DNA of 64,000 nt, from positions 12,934,377-12,998,376 of the forward strand of contig CAVNZM010000005.1 of assembly GCA_963693365.1 (NCBI GenBank), given 5' to 3'. The first letter of the stretch is position 1. Each line of letters begins with the position of its first letter. The stretch comes from Amoebidium appalachense. Lineage: Eukaryota; Protista; Ichthyosporea. Shown in pieces: positions 17,334-32,418 of this stretch. Below the pieces are notes generated by a model that was not told the origin of the DNA, did no database searches, and worked only from the letters and a program-made list of their open reading frames with translations. The translations under genes were made by a program, and so were the position numbers.

Positions 17334-18263
17334 ACACGCGCACACGCACACACACACACACATGCACACACACACGCACACACACACATGCACACACACA
17401 CACACACACAAACACACGCACACACACGCACACACACACACACACACACAAACACGCGTGCAAGCACACACGTACGCACACACACACAGAGAGAGACAGA
17501 GAAACTTTCTGGTTGGATGCCTGTCTAAATATGAAAACAGTCATCGTATGGGAGCAAGGGTTCTCTTTTCAATTATCGTTTTGAAGCTATTTGTGTTAAT
17601 TGCTACCAAACAAATGGTACAGCTCTATTAAGTAAGGATCAGTTTTCGACTGTGGTTCCGATTGGTGAGATAGGTGGCCAATGCCGAAAACAATGTGTCG
17701 TGAAGGCAACATATCAGTAACGTGGTAGTAACCAACACCACCCCCGTCCCTTTTCACAGACTCCCGGGCAATTCCTTCCATCCAACACTCTGCAGGTGTG
17801 TCTATCGCCACGATCACAACATCGACGGCTACTTTGTTGCAAAGCCGAAGAAATTTCAGATATAGAAGCCCCCCCTCATGCACGGACCCCTGGACACACA
17901 CACACAATCATCACACACCTTTTTCAATGTTGTCACAGTGCCCCATTGGCAATCTAACCGAATCCCCTCCCCCCCCCCCCCCCCCCACAACCACCACCCT
18001 TCTCTTCTCCCTCCTCTCCCTTCGACCCCCCCCCCCCTCCCCCCCACACACACACCAACCTTCGGACACACATGCATGCTCACTTGTACATGTCTTCACC
18101 TACACACAACGGCTTGGCATATGCAGTACTGTAACGCACGCGCGCGCGCGCATACACACACACACACGCGCGCGCGCGCGCGCGCGCGCAATCGCACACG
18201 CACAACACCAGCTGATCTCATGTGTCCAAGGGGACACCTCCCTCCCCCCCCCCCCCCCCCCCC

Positions 18264-18325
<62 letters not shown>

Positions 18326-18445
18326 TTAAAAAATAAATAAATAAAATAAAATAAATAAATAAATAAAAATGCAAAATAAAAATAAAAAAAATATATAAAA
18401 AACGGGGAACTTGGGAACGTAATAGATCGAACAAATGGTCTTATT

Positions 18446-18548
18446 TTGTATTCTTGGTTTGTATTCTTGGTTTGCATTCTTGGTTTGCATTCTTGGTTTG
18501 TATTCTTGCTTTTTATTCTTGGTTTGTATTCTTGCTTTTTATTCTTGG
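18446..18548. repeat. 13-bp tandem repeat
   Basis: ATTCTTGGTTTGY/ATTCTTGCTTTTT repeated about 8 times. Confidence 0.9.
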
Positions 18549-18652
18549 TGAGTATGTATATAAACTACACCTACATCCATGTACCTGATATAACCCTGTA
18601 GGGATATACCTAGCAACCCCCCCATGCCTGGGACTGGTCTCTGTGCCTCGAT

Positions 18653-18967
18653 TAAACAGCATAAACCCCCATCTGTATATGTGCCCATAGCAACACGAAT
18701 AAACAGCATAAACCCCCATCTATGTGCACATAGCAACACGAATAAATAGCCATAAACCCCCATATGTATGTGCCCATAGCAACACGAATAAACAGCATCA
18801 TGAAACCCCCATCTATGTGCCCATAGCAACACGAATAAACAGCATAAACCCCCATCTATGTGCCAATAGCAATACGAATAAACAGCATGTATGTGCCCAT
18901 AGCAATGCGAATAAACAGCATAAACCCCCATCTGTTTGTGCCCATAGCAACACGACTAAACAGCATA
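18653..18967. repeat. ~43-47-bp minisatellite, ~7 copies
   Basis: Tandem TAAACAGCATAAACCCCCATCTATGTGCCCATAGCAACACGAA variants. Confidence 0.9.
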
Positions 18968-20526
18968 AGGGCCTCAGAGTCTATGTGTCCCAAAGTTCCC
19001 GTTGGTGGAAGGAGACAAAAGCAGACGGGAAGGGGGTGAGGGAATGGAACGAGAAAAATAAGTGAATTTTTTTTTGTTTGTTTGTTTTGGGAGGGAAGGG
19101 GGGGGGGGGGGGGGGGGGGGGGGGGGAGATCCGGAGGTGCCGCCATCCCCACAGGAAAACAAAGGGAATTTTTTATTTATTATTATTATTATTTATTTTT
19201 ATTTATTTTTTTCGGGGGGGGGGGGGGGGGGGGGGATTTGTTTCGAATCACTGAGGTTGTGCATGCAACTCGAATCGGTCTGTAACGAACGTGCTTGTTC
19301 AAAATCTGACAGAGAATTTAGTGAAAAGTTCACATCCGGAACTGATGTCCACACGTACACTGCTCCGACATCATTCTGTGCGGTGTGCGTGCAACTTGAA
19401 ACTTTGAGGGGGGTTGGAAATAAACGGACTCCAGGAGCAATAGAGAACCATCCAGAGTAAATACCGTCAATTGCTTAAGTAGAGTATGAATGTCAACACA
19501 CGGGTCAAGTTCAACGGTACCCCCGTGAATATTAAAGCTGTCACATCTGTGAGACTTCCTCGGGCACAAAACCCCCTCCCCCCCCCCCCTCCCCCCCCCC
19601 CCCCCCCTCCCCCCCCCCAGACAAAGTTGTTGTGCAGGAGTACAGTGCAAGGGACGAAGTATTGAGGCGCTGAATGGAAGCCACACTCCATCCATGTGGT
19701 ACAGGCCAGGCAAAGCCGCAGGCTGACCGGCATTCCTGGTATTTGCCATATATGGTGCAAGTGTGTATGTAACGCTAGCCAATTGGAAGCATTGTATTGA
19801 TATAGTGTTACTCCACGTATGGACCAATCAGGCTGTTGTGATATGCAATTAAATGCCCCGTGTTCCCATAATGAATTTGGTTCCCAGCTACAGTTATGGA
19901 AATTCCTGTGGGAGGAGCAGTGAGACATAGCTGACTGGTCTCAGTCTGGGCAATAGGCTGCTTGCTGCTTTCACATCACTGCGATTCTCAGACTACCCGA
20001 TCAGTCTTACGTCCCCCCCACCCCCCCTCTTCCCCGGCTCCTCCTCCGCTCTTCATCTATTCCACACACATACTGTAGGCGGGTATGTAACCTGGGCCAC
20101 TTCTATGATTGCCAAACGATTACGCACAGGGGGCCAAATGCGATCAAAACAGGTAAAAAGCAGCCTATAGCCAGTATAGCAAATGCTTGCAAAAACCAGG
20201 GAGAATGTTTTGGAAATGTGGTGGTTCCATGGGTGGGGTACTTTTCTTTTTTTTTTCCTTTTCTTTTTTTTGTAGGAGGGCCCAAGTCCTATGATGCCAT
20301 ATGTACATAGTAGAGCTCTCGAGACAAGCTACTGATTAGAGAGAAGAGCGAGGTACGGAAGGAAGCCATTCACATCCTTCGAATCCCATTCTTCTGACCC
20401 CTACAACTTCATGATGAGGAGGGATGGGGGGGGAAGAGGCCGGGGGGAGGGGGGGGGGGGGGGGGGGGGGGAGGGGGGGGGGATCACTGCCCGGGCTTAA
20501 TAACGGGTGCACGTGGTGGTGGTGGT

Positions 20527-20557
<31 letters not shown>

Positions 20558-20861
20558 GGGTAGTCTCCATGGAGCTGCACACAGTTTAAAACCAGCAACA
20601 AACGGCCCCGATTGCATTTCGAAAGGCTCCGAGGCAGTGACACCACATTATGTCCCACAATCAAACACCTGAGAATCCGACCTTCAGTTTCACCGATGTT
20701 TGCCTCATGGCATCTGGGTGACCATCGTTCAACGTGCAGCAGAACCCTGCCTGCACAAGCCTACGGTTCGATCTTTGGCTCACTGCGAGACGAGTTGAGC
20801 CACTGACAGAGATCGCCCCTTGTTAGTTGCTGAAAAACCATGGAAGTCGAATATCCCCCCC

Positions 20862-20914
<53 letters not shown>

Positions 20915-20975
20915 GTGATTTGAAACGCAATTTTCATCTGGCTGGATACACCAATAACCCCTTTTTTTTTTTCTT

Positions 20976-21012
<37 letters not shown>

Positions 21013-21689
21013 GCATGGCGCTCCACCCCATGCAGCCTTATGAGCATTTACGTGTATTGGCGCAGGCCCCCGAAAGTGTTGCAACACTGAAATTAAATTC
21101 CAATACATTACACACGGGTGAGACTGTGGGTGGGTGTGCGTTCCTACCTTAGGCTGGTCCGTGTGTGAACATTGTGCATGTGAGCATCCATGCAAGTGCA
21201 CTGTGTGTTTGCATCCAATCATAACCTGCCCGGCTACATGCATGTGTTCTCTGGGTGGCCTGTTGAAGGGACTGTTTTCAGATGTACAATACTGCCGCAA
21301 GTTGTGTTGCAGTGTACATTATGTGTATACGGTTCCGTCAATGTCTCAGATAACGATGATTCCTACCTGCATGCACGCGCACTCGTTCCATGTGAACAGT
21401 TTCCCCCGAGTTGCTGAGGACTATATAACAAGGGGGCACTCCGCATAGAAAAAGAAATAATGATATTTCTGAGAGTCATGAAACAGGGAAAGAAGACCTT
21501 GACTATTATGTTAGGAAAGCGAATCGAGTACTAATGCACACTATTCACCAAAAAAAAAAAAAAAAAAAAAGGAAGCAGAGCCGTCACAGTAGCATATGTG
21601 TAAATCTAGTTAAATATTCTGAGAGCATGGTTAGCAGTCTCAGTCGGACACTTAGAGGGTGGTGGTGGTGATGATGGTGGGTGGTGGTG

Positions 21690-21768
<79 letters not shown>

Positions 21769-21903
21769 AAGGGGCTTTGTTCTGTTTTCACTGAAGTACA
21801 CGTGTAACATTAACAGGGTCCGGAAGGAACAGGTGACAGAAGCATCCGGTAGGTATTAAGCTACAGAGACTCCTGTGTCACGGGGGTCATAATGCATATG
21901 CAT

Positions 21904-21956
<53 letters not shown>

Positions 21957-22891
21957 CGCCCCCAGACGAGGGCCGGGGGCACAGTAGATGATAATCTCCC
22001 ACAATCAACACCCGAAGCTTATGCTCAAAGAGGATTCGGGCATTAGCCATGCACAGTCGGCGGCCTCCAATGACCGAAGTAATTGTGGTGTCATTTATTA
22101 CACCAAACTCTGACACCAGCTTCATGGTTGTAGGGGAGTTCATATGCCGCCCAGAACAGTTGCTGAAGCCATAATATATCTTGTAGACAGTCACGTAATG
22201 CTTATCGTACTTGGCCCACTTTGAGGTGTTACAGTTAATGGCTTCCATTATGCCTTCAACCCCTCACCAAACACCAATGTTTATTCCTACGGAATGGACA
22301 TACCCATCGAAATAACCAACCTAGTTGACCCCGGTCCACTCCCCCCCCCCCCCCCCCCCCCCCCTCTCTCTCTCTCTCCCCCCCCCCCCCCCCCTTCCCC
22401 CCCTCCCCTTTCCCCCTTCTCCTCAAGCGGCCACCAGCCACTTAGTCTATGCATATTGAGTCATTTTGCGGAAAGGAACATCGATGCATGCTAACATGAC
22501 ATAATCAAAACGACTATTCCCCCCCCCCCCCCCCCCCCCTCCCCCCCTCCCCCCCCCCCTCCCCCTCCGGAGCTCCCTTCCCCCACCCAAAAAAAAGGAT
22601 GAAACCCCCCAAGCCCCCTTTAAGTTCTCTTCCCTCCCCATCCCCCCCCCCCCCCCCCCCCCCCCCCCTTCCCCCGCGGCCCTCCATCCCTCCTCTCTCA
22701 ATGCCTCCACCCCCACCCACTTGCATAGTTTCCAATCCCCTTCTATCCTTTCCTCCTTCGCACACACAATTTCACTTAACTTATGATATATTGGTCCAGC
22801 CAAACATCTGCAAACCTCCCCCCCCCCTCGCCCCCTCCCCCTTCTCTCTCTCTCCCCCCCCCCCCCCCCCCTCCCCCCCCCCCCCCTTTCT

Positions 22892-22922
<31 letters not shown>

Positions 22923-23087
22923 CCATCACTCACCCCACTCCCACCGTTATTCACACACATTGATCAGCAGCCAAAAAAAAGGGGGAAACCCCCAAGCCCC
23001 CTTTCTTTTTGTCTCCCTCCCCACCCTCCCCCACTCTCCCCCCTCCCCGCATACCCCCCGCCCCCCTCCCCCCCCCCCCCTCCCCCC

Positions 23088-23133
<46 letters not shown>

Positions 23134-23574
23134 ACAAAAAAAAAAGAAAAAGCACCATGGAAACCATTTTGGAGGGATTCTTATTGGTGAATGGTATATA
23201 CCTTCAGTGAATAGCACTATGCATAGTAGTAATGAAACCCAGTGGTAGCTTGTTACGAGTGCAGGATTTTGGTCCTGGAAGTTGTATATGTGCCTATGTG
23301 TGTGTGTGTCTGGGCTCTAGTAATGGGGCATGCAAACGTACGAAGGCACCGTGATAGTCTCTTAGAAATTAGACTTCTATCTCACTAAAGCATATGCCCT
23401 GCAGTATATATGCAAAGTAGTACTACGTGGTAGAAAGCTTTTGCTGATCTCCGATCATAAACCGGTCCTACAGATCTAGAATGGCAGCAATCGTGGATTC
23501 GTGTGCGTCTTGTCCATATATGGAAGCCGGCTGAATCGGGCATGACTGATAGCTATTCGTGATAAAGGGCTTGG

Positions 23575-23714
23575 TTTTATGGGCGTGTACTTGCACATGC
23601 ATGCATGTGTTTTATGGGCGTGTACTTGCACATGCATGCATGTGTTTTATGGGCGTGTACTTGCACATGCATGCATGTGTTTTATGGGCGTGTACTTGCA
23701 CATACATGCATGTG
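23575..23714. repeat. ~34-38-bp minisatellite, 4 copies
   Basis: Tandem TTTTATGGGCGTGTACTTGCACATGCATGCATGTG. Confidence 0.9.
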
Positions 23715-24390
23715 TTTGTGTGTGCAAAGACAACACACGTGCACATGCAGGTGGCAGACTTCAAGCATCACCTTTGCTGCCTTTGGCTGCTCAGGCTGGT
23801 GGTGGTGGGCAGAAGGGAGGGAGGGGAGGGGGGGAGAGGGGAGTTGCCCCCCCCTCCCCCCCCCTACCTCACCCACCCACCACCACCACCACCCTTCCCC
23901 TCCACAATGGGCCATGGGCACAGTCACACCAATAGGGCTCATTTGAAAATAGCAACACACATATGCAGTCATGCACCCATACAGGGGCATTGTGTGTGGA
24001 ATGGCCCTGATTGGGCGGTCTATTGAGGTGGCCAATCAAAATCACCTGCTGCCTATACACGATTTATGTGCGCGGCCGTTGCTCTAAATATAGCCCCGGG
24101 CATCTACTCTACATCGGGTGGCCTGTGTGTGGTGCTGCCACAGACGGGCCTAAACTGTACATGCGCTCCAGTATCAAACCCTAACCCTGCAAAAGGGGGT
24201 TCTAATGAACCTAAATTTACGGCTGCGTGCAAACTTACGATAGATGCTTTCTAAAGACAAAAAATAAAGGGGACAAGGAGAGGATGTTCGTACTGTGTTC
24301 GCTTCTAGGATGAAAAAAGGCACCAGCTATCATACACGCCTATACATGTGCGCCACCTCTTTACGTGCACACCTTCTCCCCACCCACCCG

Positions 24391-25913
24391 CTACCCTATT
24401 TGTGAGGATTTAGTCCTCGAAAATGCAGCGGCAAATCTTGAATTGTCACTGCCTCTTGGTATTGCTGGCTGATCGGCCTCTTGTGCCGTGCTCCTCCGAG
24501 CAAACCCATTGGAGGATTTGCGTGCAGGCCTATCCCCCTTGATGCTCCCTGTACGCTGGAATGCATCCGCCACTATGGCGCCTAGACTCTTCTTCCTCTG
24601 GCCCGTGTACACCACCCCCTCACCAATAATGTCTGGTAGGTCGTTGGGCAGCCCACTTTTTTCTCTCCCAAACAGGGCAGCCAGGCTGTTTCTCCTCTTT
24701 GGCCGTGGATCATAGACGATGGCCGGGTCACTGTGGCGGTGGTGCATGTCGGGGGGTTCACTGGAGACCCCAAGGAGGTCTGGTGCAGACAGGGGGGGCA
24801 CAGTGCCGGGGGTAGGCGACCAACCCTGGGCCAGGCTGGCAGTCGGGCCGTTGGAGGGGGACCGCTGCATGCGCTGGCTGTTGCTGCGCACAAACGTCAA
24901 AGACCCCTGGCGCCTATAGGTACCCCCCTCACTGGAATTTACAGTGGGTGGGGGGGTGCTCCTGCGGCTGGCCAGAGGCACATTGCTGTCACTGGGAAGG
25001 TCCAACCCTGGGTAGGTGGTGGGGGTGGGGGGGTCTGCCTGGGGAAGTTTGGAGGTTTTGGATACGGCTGGGCCGGGCAGGGTGGGTCTTGGTGGGGGGC
25101 GCAGTATGTCGACAACAACAAAACACAGGCCCAGCATGGATGCTGCTAGCACGAGGTAGTGGAAGACGGTCAGGCCTGGAAGCAGGTGGAAGACAAGTAG
25201 GGGCGCAAGCACACACAGTGCACCCCGGAGAGATGGGCCCAGGTAACCGTGTTGACGTATGTCCCTGCAGGGTGGCGGTAGTGAGCACTAGGGGGGGGGG
25301 GGGGGGGGGGGAGGGGGGGGGGGAGGAATGGCTGTGTTTCACCTTGGTGCGTGCGAAAGTGGTGTTGCACTTTAGTGGTTTTTTTTTTTTTTTTTTTTTT
25401 TTTTGAAATGCTCAAAGTCATGGGCATGATAGATACAGTAGCAGCAAGGATTGCCTCCAATGAAATGAGTGTTGCACTTTTTTATAAAGTTTAAAGTCAC
25501 GGGCACAATAGATAGCATCAAGGAATGCCTCCAACCACTCGGGTAGCAGAAAAGGGCAGAAGGGGGGGACCAGCAGGATGGCAATAAAACAATGAACCAC
25601 ACCGACAAACGGCAACTCACCAGCTGACCACCTATCCACGCAGCCTGACAGAGAAAACCTCGCCAAACACAAAGAGTGTCCGTGGATGGGCACTCATACA
25701 GACGTTAAAACTTGCAAACACAGCACTAACATACACACAGGTTAGTGCATTTACGCACGCACAAGCAGGTGAGCTCACATAATAAACATGCACATCTTCT
25801 CACGAGTGAGAGCCCACGAGCGCGTGCACAAACCTGCAGAACGCAAGCACACACATCACACGCACACACACACGTGTCCCGCTTGCGCACATGGTAAGTG
25901 TGCATGCACACAA

Positions 25914-25992
<79 letters not shown>

Positions 25993-26614
25993 AGCCCACA
26001 CACACGTTCCCGTGTCAACAAAAAACCACGAAACTATAGATCCAGGAAACCTTTCCACGCGCCACACAGCTCCCGTGTGGGTGTCACGCACGTGCAACGC
26101 ACACATATAATGGTACCAGGTGGCGAACTAAAGCTGGAGAGTGTCTGGCAAGCCACAGCCACATAATACGGACGGAGACAGAAGGTAGGAAGGAAGCAAG
26201 GGGAAAATAGTGAAAGAAAGGGAGAAAAGGGTTATGGAGCCCACCAAACCCACTCACAAGCGGGGCCACAGTGCACAGCCTGCACATCAAAAAATGACCA
26301 CAAGCACACAGCATACAGCCAACCATGGTCACCCTCAAACGTGCACACCAATCTCCACCCCCCAAAGTTCGCTCTTTCTCCTCCCCCGACCCCTCCCTTC
26401 CTCCCCTCCCCCCCCTCCCACCCGGGCCTCAATCTCACGTGCAACAAACCGCGCACCTTGAGAGCTGGCTCCTTCCCACGTGCCTCAGTGCGTGGCCTGC
26501 GACCAGCTCCACGTTGAAGGCCAGCTGCCAGGCCGTGGCCGCAAGCACACCGTCGCCCCTGTCGGCAGCCGGTGGGGGCAGGGCCTGCCAGCCACTCTTT
26601 GCTGCCGTAGCCAT
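24391..26614 (-). CDS. Hypothetical membrane protein, ~343 aa; 2 exons: 26614-26457, 25264-24391
   Basis: GC-rich codon-like exons join in phase (…GRSQLS R DIRQHGY…) across a GT-AG intron. Two hydrophobic segments are followed by a Pro/Ser/Arg-rich tail with RRxS/RKxS motifs. A CCAAT box lies upstream at 26844. Confidence 0.7.
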
Positions 26615-28207
26615 GGCAGCCGTGCTTAGCGCGCACAGCCGCAGACCATGTTATGCTCCTATAGGAATAGTAAGCCTGCAACGTATACGGGTAATAAGTC
26701 TGCACGCACGCAATAAAACATATACACCACCAACCCAACAATTCTAGCAGCTGACCAAACGAACTGCGTACAGGCAGTCACAGTGCGTGATCAAAACATG
26801 GCAGAGCCGTGAGGCGTGGTTGATTGAAGGCGCCACGGCTTGACCAATCAGCGCGCGAAACGACACTGTGCGTTTCGCCGATGTGTAGGTGCATCTGCAC
26901 CAAATCGACATGGTTGCGTTGCGCATGAGAAACGGACTGGTGCGCCGCCAAGAGCAAAAAACAGAATAGGCCTAACATACACTTCTGTTATTCGATATCA
27001 TTCAGGCTTTTAGTAATTAGTATTACATATACCTATAAAAAACACTCCGTTTATTTCCCAAGCGAGTTGTCCAGCATGAGGTGAATCATTCATGACCCCC
27101 GAGATCTCCCCTGATCAACCATGATCCCGAGTTCTTGAGTGACTAAAAGTGATACGCCTTCAGTAATAAAACATTTTTGGCACATGGGTTTGTATTAGGG
27201 GAGCCTGGAAATACAGGAGCTTATTCATATACTGTAGATAAATCAAAAAGTGTGATGCGTAGTACAATACTCTAGAAATTGAATAGATTTTGATCAACGA
27301 CGGTGTCAAGGTATCATGATAATATCTCGTATATTCCGGATCGATTATATATTTTATATCTCATACAAGTATTTATATATATCTGTTCAAATAGGTGGGT
27401 CCTTACAGAGGCAACCTTGTAGAAAGCTGCTTTTGGGCTCCAAAAACATTTTAAAAAATAAAAAAAGACTTTTTTATACCCCTTAAAGCTATTATGGAGA
27501 CTCCGTAGAATCATTCGGAAACATGGATTTCTTTACCAAAAAAATTCAATGGCTTCTATTTTTTTTTTCTTTTCTATTTTGCTGAGCATATTAATAAAGT
27601 CACTATAATAAAAAAAATTAAACGTTGAACACAGAACATCCAGAACTGTTCTAGGGAGAAACGTTTAGGAATTGAGTAACTGTGCAAAAGCTCAAGGCAT
27701 GACCTGTAGCCAATCTAAGCTCGCTTTGGCACTGCTGGCATCGGCTTTATCTTGAGTTTCGGAAAAACCGTCTGTGCACGTCGAACGTTGCACTGCAGTC
27801 TGAGGTTGCTCAGGTCTCAGCCCGGCACAGGCTGTACCGTTCTCCACCAAGTTGCTTGAGGCATGTCGAGCATTCTAAATATTCTGATTTAAGTCTATGT
27901 AAGGCCAAAATATGACGGTAGCTATTAGAGGAGCCACAGTGTGCTGTGGACGTGTACTAAACAGTTTAGGAAGGAGTTTTTTTGCACCTCGTGAACGGTT
28001 GTGAGCAAGGAATGTGATCGATTGCGTGCGAGGTAAGGCTTCCCGTTGAAAGCCTGATGAAGGGCTTGCAAGAGATAGTTGTGATGTTTGTACTTGGGCG
28101 TTGAGAGTGAGGGAAAGGGGAGTTGGTAAGGAGGCGGGGAGAGGGGGGAGGGGAGGGAGGGAGGTCAGACGGAAAGATGCTTGTGTGAGACTGACCTCCT
28201 CCTCATG

Positions 28208-28244
<37 letters not shown>

Positions 28245-28895
28245 GGGGGGGGGGGGGGGGGGAGGGGGGGGGTAGGGAAGGAGGGGCTACGAGGACACGC
28301 CTTCTTAGATAACTAGCTGCTGTTATGTAATTGATGCTCGGCTTACTTAAAATTGGTGTGGACTAGGGGAACGCGCGCGTGCGCGCGCGTTGTGTGTTTG
28401 CATGGCCATGCACGCATGCGTGTTTGTGCATGTGTGCGGCGTGTGCCCATATGTGGGAGGAGGGTGGAGGTGGTGAGAGGTGATGCACCCTGAAGTGCGA
28501 GGAGGTACTCTGAACAGATATGGCGTGGGCCTATGCAGCCACCGTGCTGCCAGCACCCTGTCTGTGAAATATCGAGCAGCACCCATGGGTCACCAGCAGC
28601 CTGAAGGTGAGTGCCACAGTGCAAACACACCGACAGCATTTATCTCCCCTTGCAATAGTATTGTATACCCGTTCTCCTGTAGATGAAGATGGGAGGAAGC
28701 CGTAAAGTAACAAGTCAAATAGGCGCTGAATTTTAGAGAGTTTCGATTTAGCTTGCCAAAAGACACTCACTCTCCTTTATTTAATAAAAACCGCCAGTAG
28801 CACACACAAAGTTCATGGACGAACACCGTGGCATTCTCTCCAAAACACCCTATCCCTCTCTCACTCACGTCACACATACGTGCACGCACACACAC

Positions 28896-28989
<94 letters not shown>

Positions 28990-29135
28990 ACGCACGTGCG
29001 CGCACATGCACACACACTGGCACACACGCACGCACCCACACACACAGGAAAATACACACACACATACACACGCACGCACACGCACACGCGCACACGCACA
29101 TACACACACACACACATATATATACATATACATAT

Positions 29136-29181
<46 letters not shown>

Positions 29182-29897
29182 ATACATACACCCATACCCA
29201 CAAACACGTGCGCGCACAAGCACACAAGCACACCGTTGAAACAACCGCGCTGCTTGGAGCTGGCTCCCCCCCGCATTCGCCCTAGGTCAATCTAAAAATA
29301 GTCTTGCTGGCTTATTGGTCAAGGCCATTTTAGTACAACCAATAAAAAGCTGCAATGGTGCGTCTCATTTTCGAACGCCGATCTGACAGCACTGCGGATG
29401 TGCAGAACCGCGCCGCGCTGCGCGCTGTTTACCAAGCAAGAAGAATTAGACGATTGTACTGGGGTAGCTTTTTATAATTAAAATTCTTAGAGCCAATGAC
29501 CATGTCTTTACATAAAAGCGCATAGCAGCGATTGAAGGTTGTGTTGTAGTGTTGTGCTTGCTGTTGCCACAACCAGGTGGTGTTTCAAACCCTAAAGCGT
29601 TATCGGCAATAAGGCTTGAGGGATCCATTCAAAAGCACCCAATCATGATAGATTACAATCTCACAATATGCTGTAACCCAATCATACGTTTGTAATATCA
29701 CGGCATAATCTAGGCGTCAACAATAGAGCTATCCATATATGGTTATCGCGTTCTATATCTCCGCTGATAACTCTGTGCAGGGTGCCGCGCCCTCTTCAGT
29801 TAACGTTCGTGAACGGTCGCATTTAGCTCAAACTCCCCACGCCACTTTGCTTTTTCCTTCATATTATACTCAGTAGAGCTAGGCGGCAGCAGGCAGC

Positions 29898-31908
29898 ATG
29901 GCCACGCAGCTGCAGCGCAAAGGCACTGCCCCACGGCATCTTGCCGTGGCCATGGGCGATGGCGATGTGCTGCAAAACACATCACTGCAGCGCACGGCAA
30001 GCACACAGCTGCAGCGCCGTTCCAGTGCACGTGTGCAGGTCGACCAGGAGCGTGCAGAGGCGGTGCCAAAGACAGAGGTGGAGGACAAGCAGAGGAGGAG
30101 GCGGCGCATATTGATTGGTGTGGGGGTCGTGGTGGGCCTGGCCGTGGTCAGTGCCATAGCCGGGGGGATTGCTGCGGCAACATCAGGCAGCAGCAAGGGT
30201 GCACCTGCACCCGTGCAGGCAGACGAGAAGACACAGACAACAGCGGCCCCACCGCGCACCCTAGTGCGCTCAACCGTACCTGTGGTTACACACGTGCCCC
30301 TGCCGGTCACACCCCCCGTATTCACCACCCAGCCCACAAACACCTCTGTGGCCCTGCCCACACCAACAAATGTCACGGTGCCACAATCACAGGTAGATGG
30401 GGGGGGGTGTGGTTGTACAATGTGTGTGTGTGTGCAAGGGTTTAAGTGGTGTGTGGCTAGTGCGTGTGTTTTGGCACTTTTGCACTTTCAGTTTTTTTTT
30501 TTTTTTACTGGGCTGCCTTGAAAGTGCGGGTGCTCGTGTGTGTGTGTGTGCATTGACTGTGTGCACATGCACGGGCCTGGGTGTGTGTGTCTGTGGGCTG
30601 CTACTGGACGTACGTAAGAATGCCACGAAATCATGCTCGTGTATGCACTCTTGGCACATGTGCGTACTTCCAGGTGACAAAGCTGCGTAGATGTAAAGAA
30701 AGAGGTGGTAGAGATATTGCACTCTGGTTTATGTGTTCTACGGGGGTGGGGGGATTGGTGGTCTCTTAGCCGTTGGATATTGCACTTTGATTGGCCTCCT
30801 ACCATGCCCTGGTGCAAAAACACATCTTCATATGGGGTTAGAGAGCCACGGGGCTACATGCCCCGGCATGCATTTAGTTTTTATTCTTTATCAGAGTGTG
30901 CATGGGGCACCGTTTGTGGTTTTCTCTCATGATGCTCACTAGTGCTCGTGCCATAGGGTCTGATAGGAAGGTGTGCTACATACTCGTATGATATGGGCCG
31001 ACAAGAAGGTGTGCTATTCATGCCGCTGACAGCATGACCGTAGTATAGTTTACTAATGTTTATTAATGTGCACACCTTTGTACCGTTTCGTTCGTTTCCT
31101 ATTCTGCAGTCCCCCCGCCGCCCCCCCTCCCCCCCTCCCCCCGCCCCCCGCCCACCGCCACCACCACTACCCACCAACCCGGTATCAACCCACCAATGCA
31201 CAACCCCCTCGTCCCATTCCTCCCTCTTCTTTCTCGCCATTGAAGAGAGCACACATCAATCTCCCTCTCCAAACATCAACTCTCTCATATGTAAATCTGA
31301 CCCCTTCTCCACAGACCAGGCCGGCAAAGCCGCCCAAGCCCATCAAGTTCCCATGGCCCACGGCAGCCAATGGCATCATCCAGGGCCCATACACGTTTTC
31401 ATACACGGCACGTGACTACACGTTCACAATTGACCCCCTGGCCAAGGAGGAGTTACAGGACCGCAGCAACGACTTTCTTCCCATTTGTGGCCAGTTGGAT
31501 GTGGGCGGTTGGCCCCAGTGGCGGCACCTGCAGAACCAGATCCACGGGGAGTGCATTGGCATCGATAGCGGGGACAATCTGCTTTACTCCACACCCTGTG
31601 ATGATACAAGCAGGGCACTGGCCTTCTGCTGGAATAATGTGACTATGGACGTGAGGACCGTGCCTAGCGATGCCTCTGATGGTATGTGTGTGCCTGCATG
31701 TGTGGTGGTTGTAGTTGTGTTTGGGTGGTTGGGTGGGTGGGTGGGTGGGTGGGGGGGGGAGGGAGGAGGAGGAGGAGGATCGCGTTTGCGTGTGGGGGGG
31801 AGGGGGGTTTATAATCCGTGCTTGTGACTGCCTATCTGTGTGTGGGTTTCTCATATGTGTGTGCAAGCGTGTCGGGTGGCAGTGTGGGAGGTGGGCAGAA
31901 TGCCGGAA

Positions 31909-31951
<43 letters not shown>

Positions 31952-32418
31952 AGGGGGACGAAGTTGGGGGGGGGGGGGGGGTGGCACTTCTCAGCACTCT
32001 TCCACCCCGCTCCTTCCAACCCCGCCCCCGCCTCCCTGCCCCCTCTCTCCCCACCATCTCGAATTAACGCACGTGAATACGTGCACGGTCCCGTAGTGTT
32101 TCCTAAATTGGTGTTGTTCAAAGGGCACGTAAAACCCCCCCAATATTCGTCCACACTCACTGTTCTCTTTCCTCAGGTGACCTGTGCCTCGGCATCCCGG
32201 GCAAGTCTGTCTACATGACGCTGGTCAAGTGTGCAGGAAACAACGGGGTGTGGGGGTTCAATCAGACAAATGGAATGCAAATTTTCAACAGCGCAACGGG
32301 CCTGTGTCTGGACGTGCAGCACCAGCACAGCGGCGCCCCCCTGGTGTATTATGAATGCAAGGGCCCCGGAAAATCGTATAAACCCCCCAACCAGTGGTGG
32401 CTGTGGCAGGGGCCATAG
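29898..32418 (+). CDS. Type II membrane protein with a Thr/Pro-rich stalk and C-terminal ricin-B (beta-trefoil) lectin domain, ~367 aa; exons 29898-30392, 31315-31681, 32177-32418
   Basis: Basic stretch RRRRR, TM ILIGVGVVVGLAVVSAIAGGIAA, mucin-like stalk, then three ricin repeats (GECIGID..., DLCLGIP...VKC, TGLCLDVQ...YYEC...NQWW). GT-AG introns are in phase. Confidence 0.88.

Noticed and set aside
19262-19376. QLE…D…F..GTDVHTYTA resembling a family-A DNA polymerase
   Set aside because: A single short motif with wrong spacing and no flanking polymerase motifs.
28054-28075. CCTGATGAAGG resembling a PLE hammerhead start
   Set aside because: There is no downstream GAAA core or stem II.
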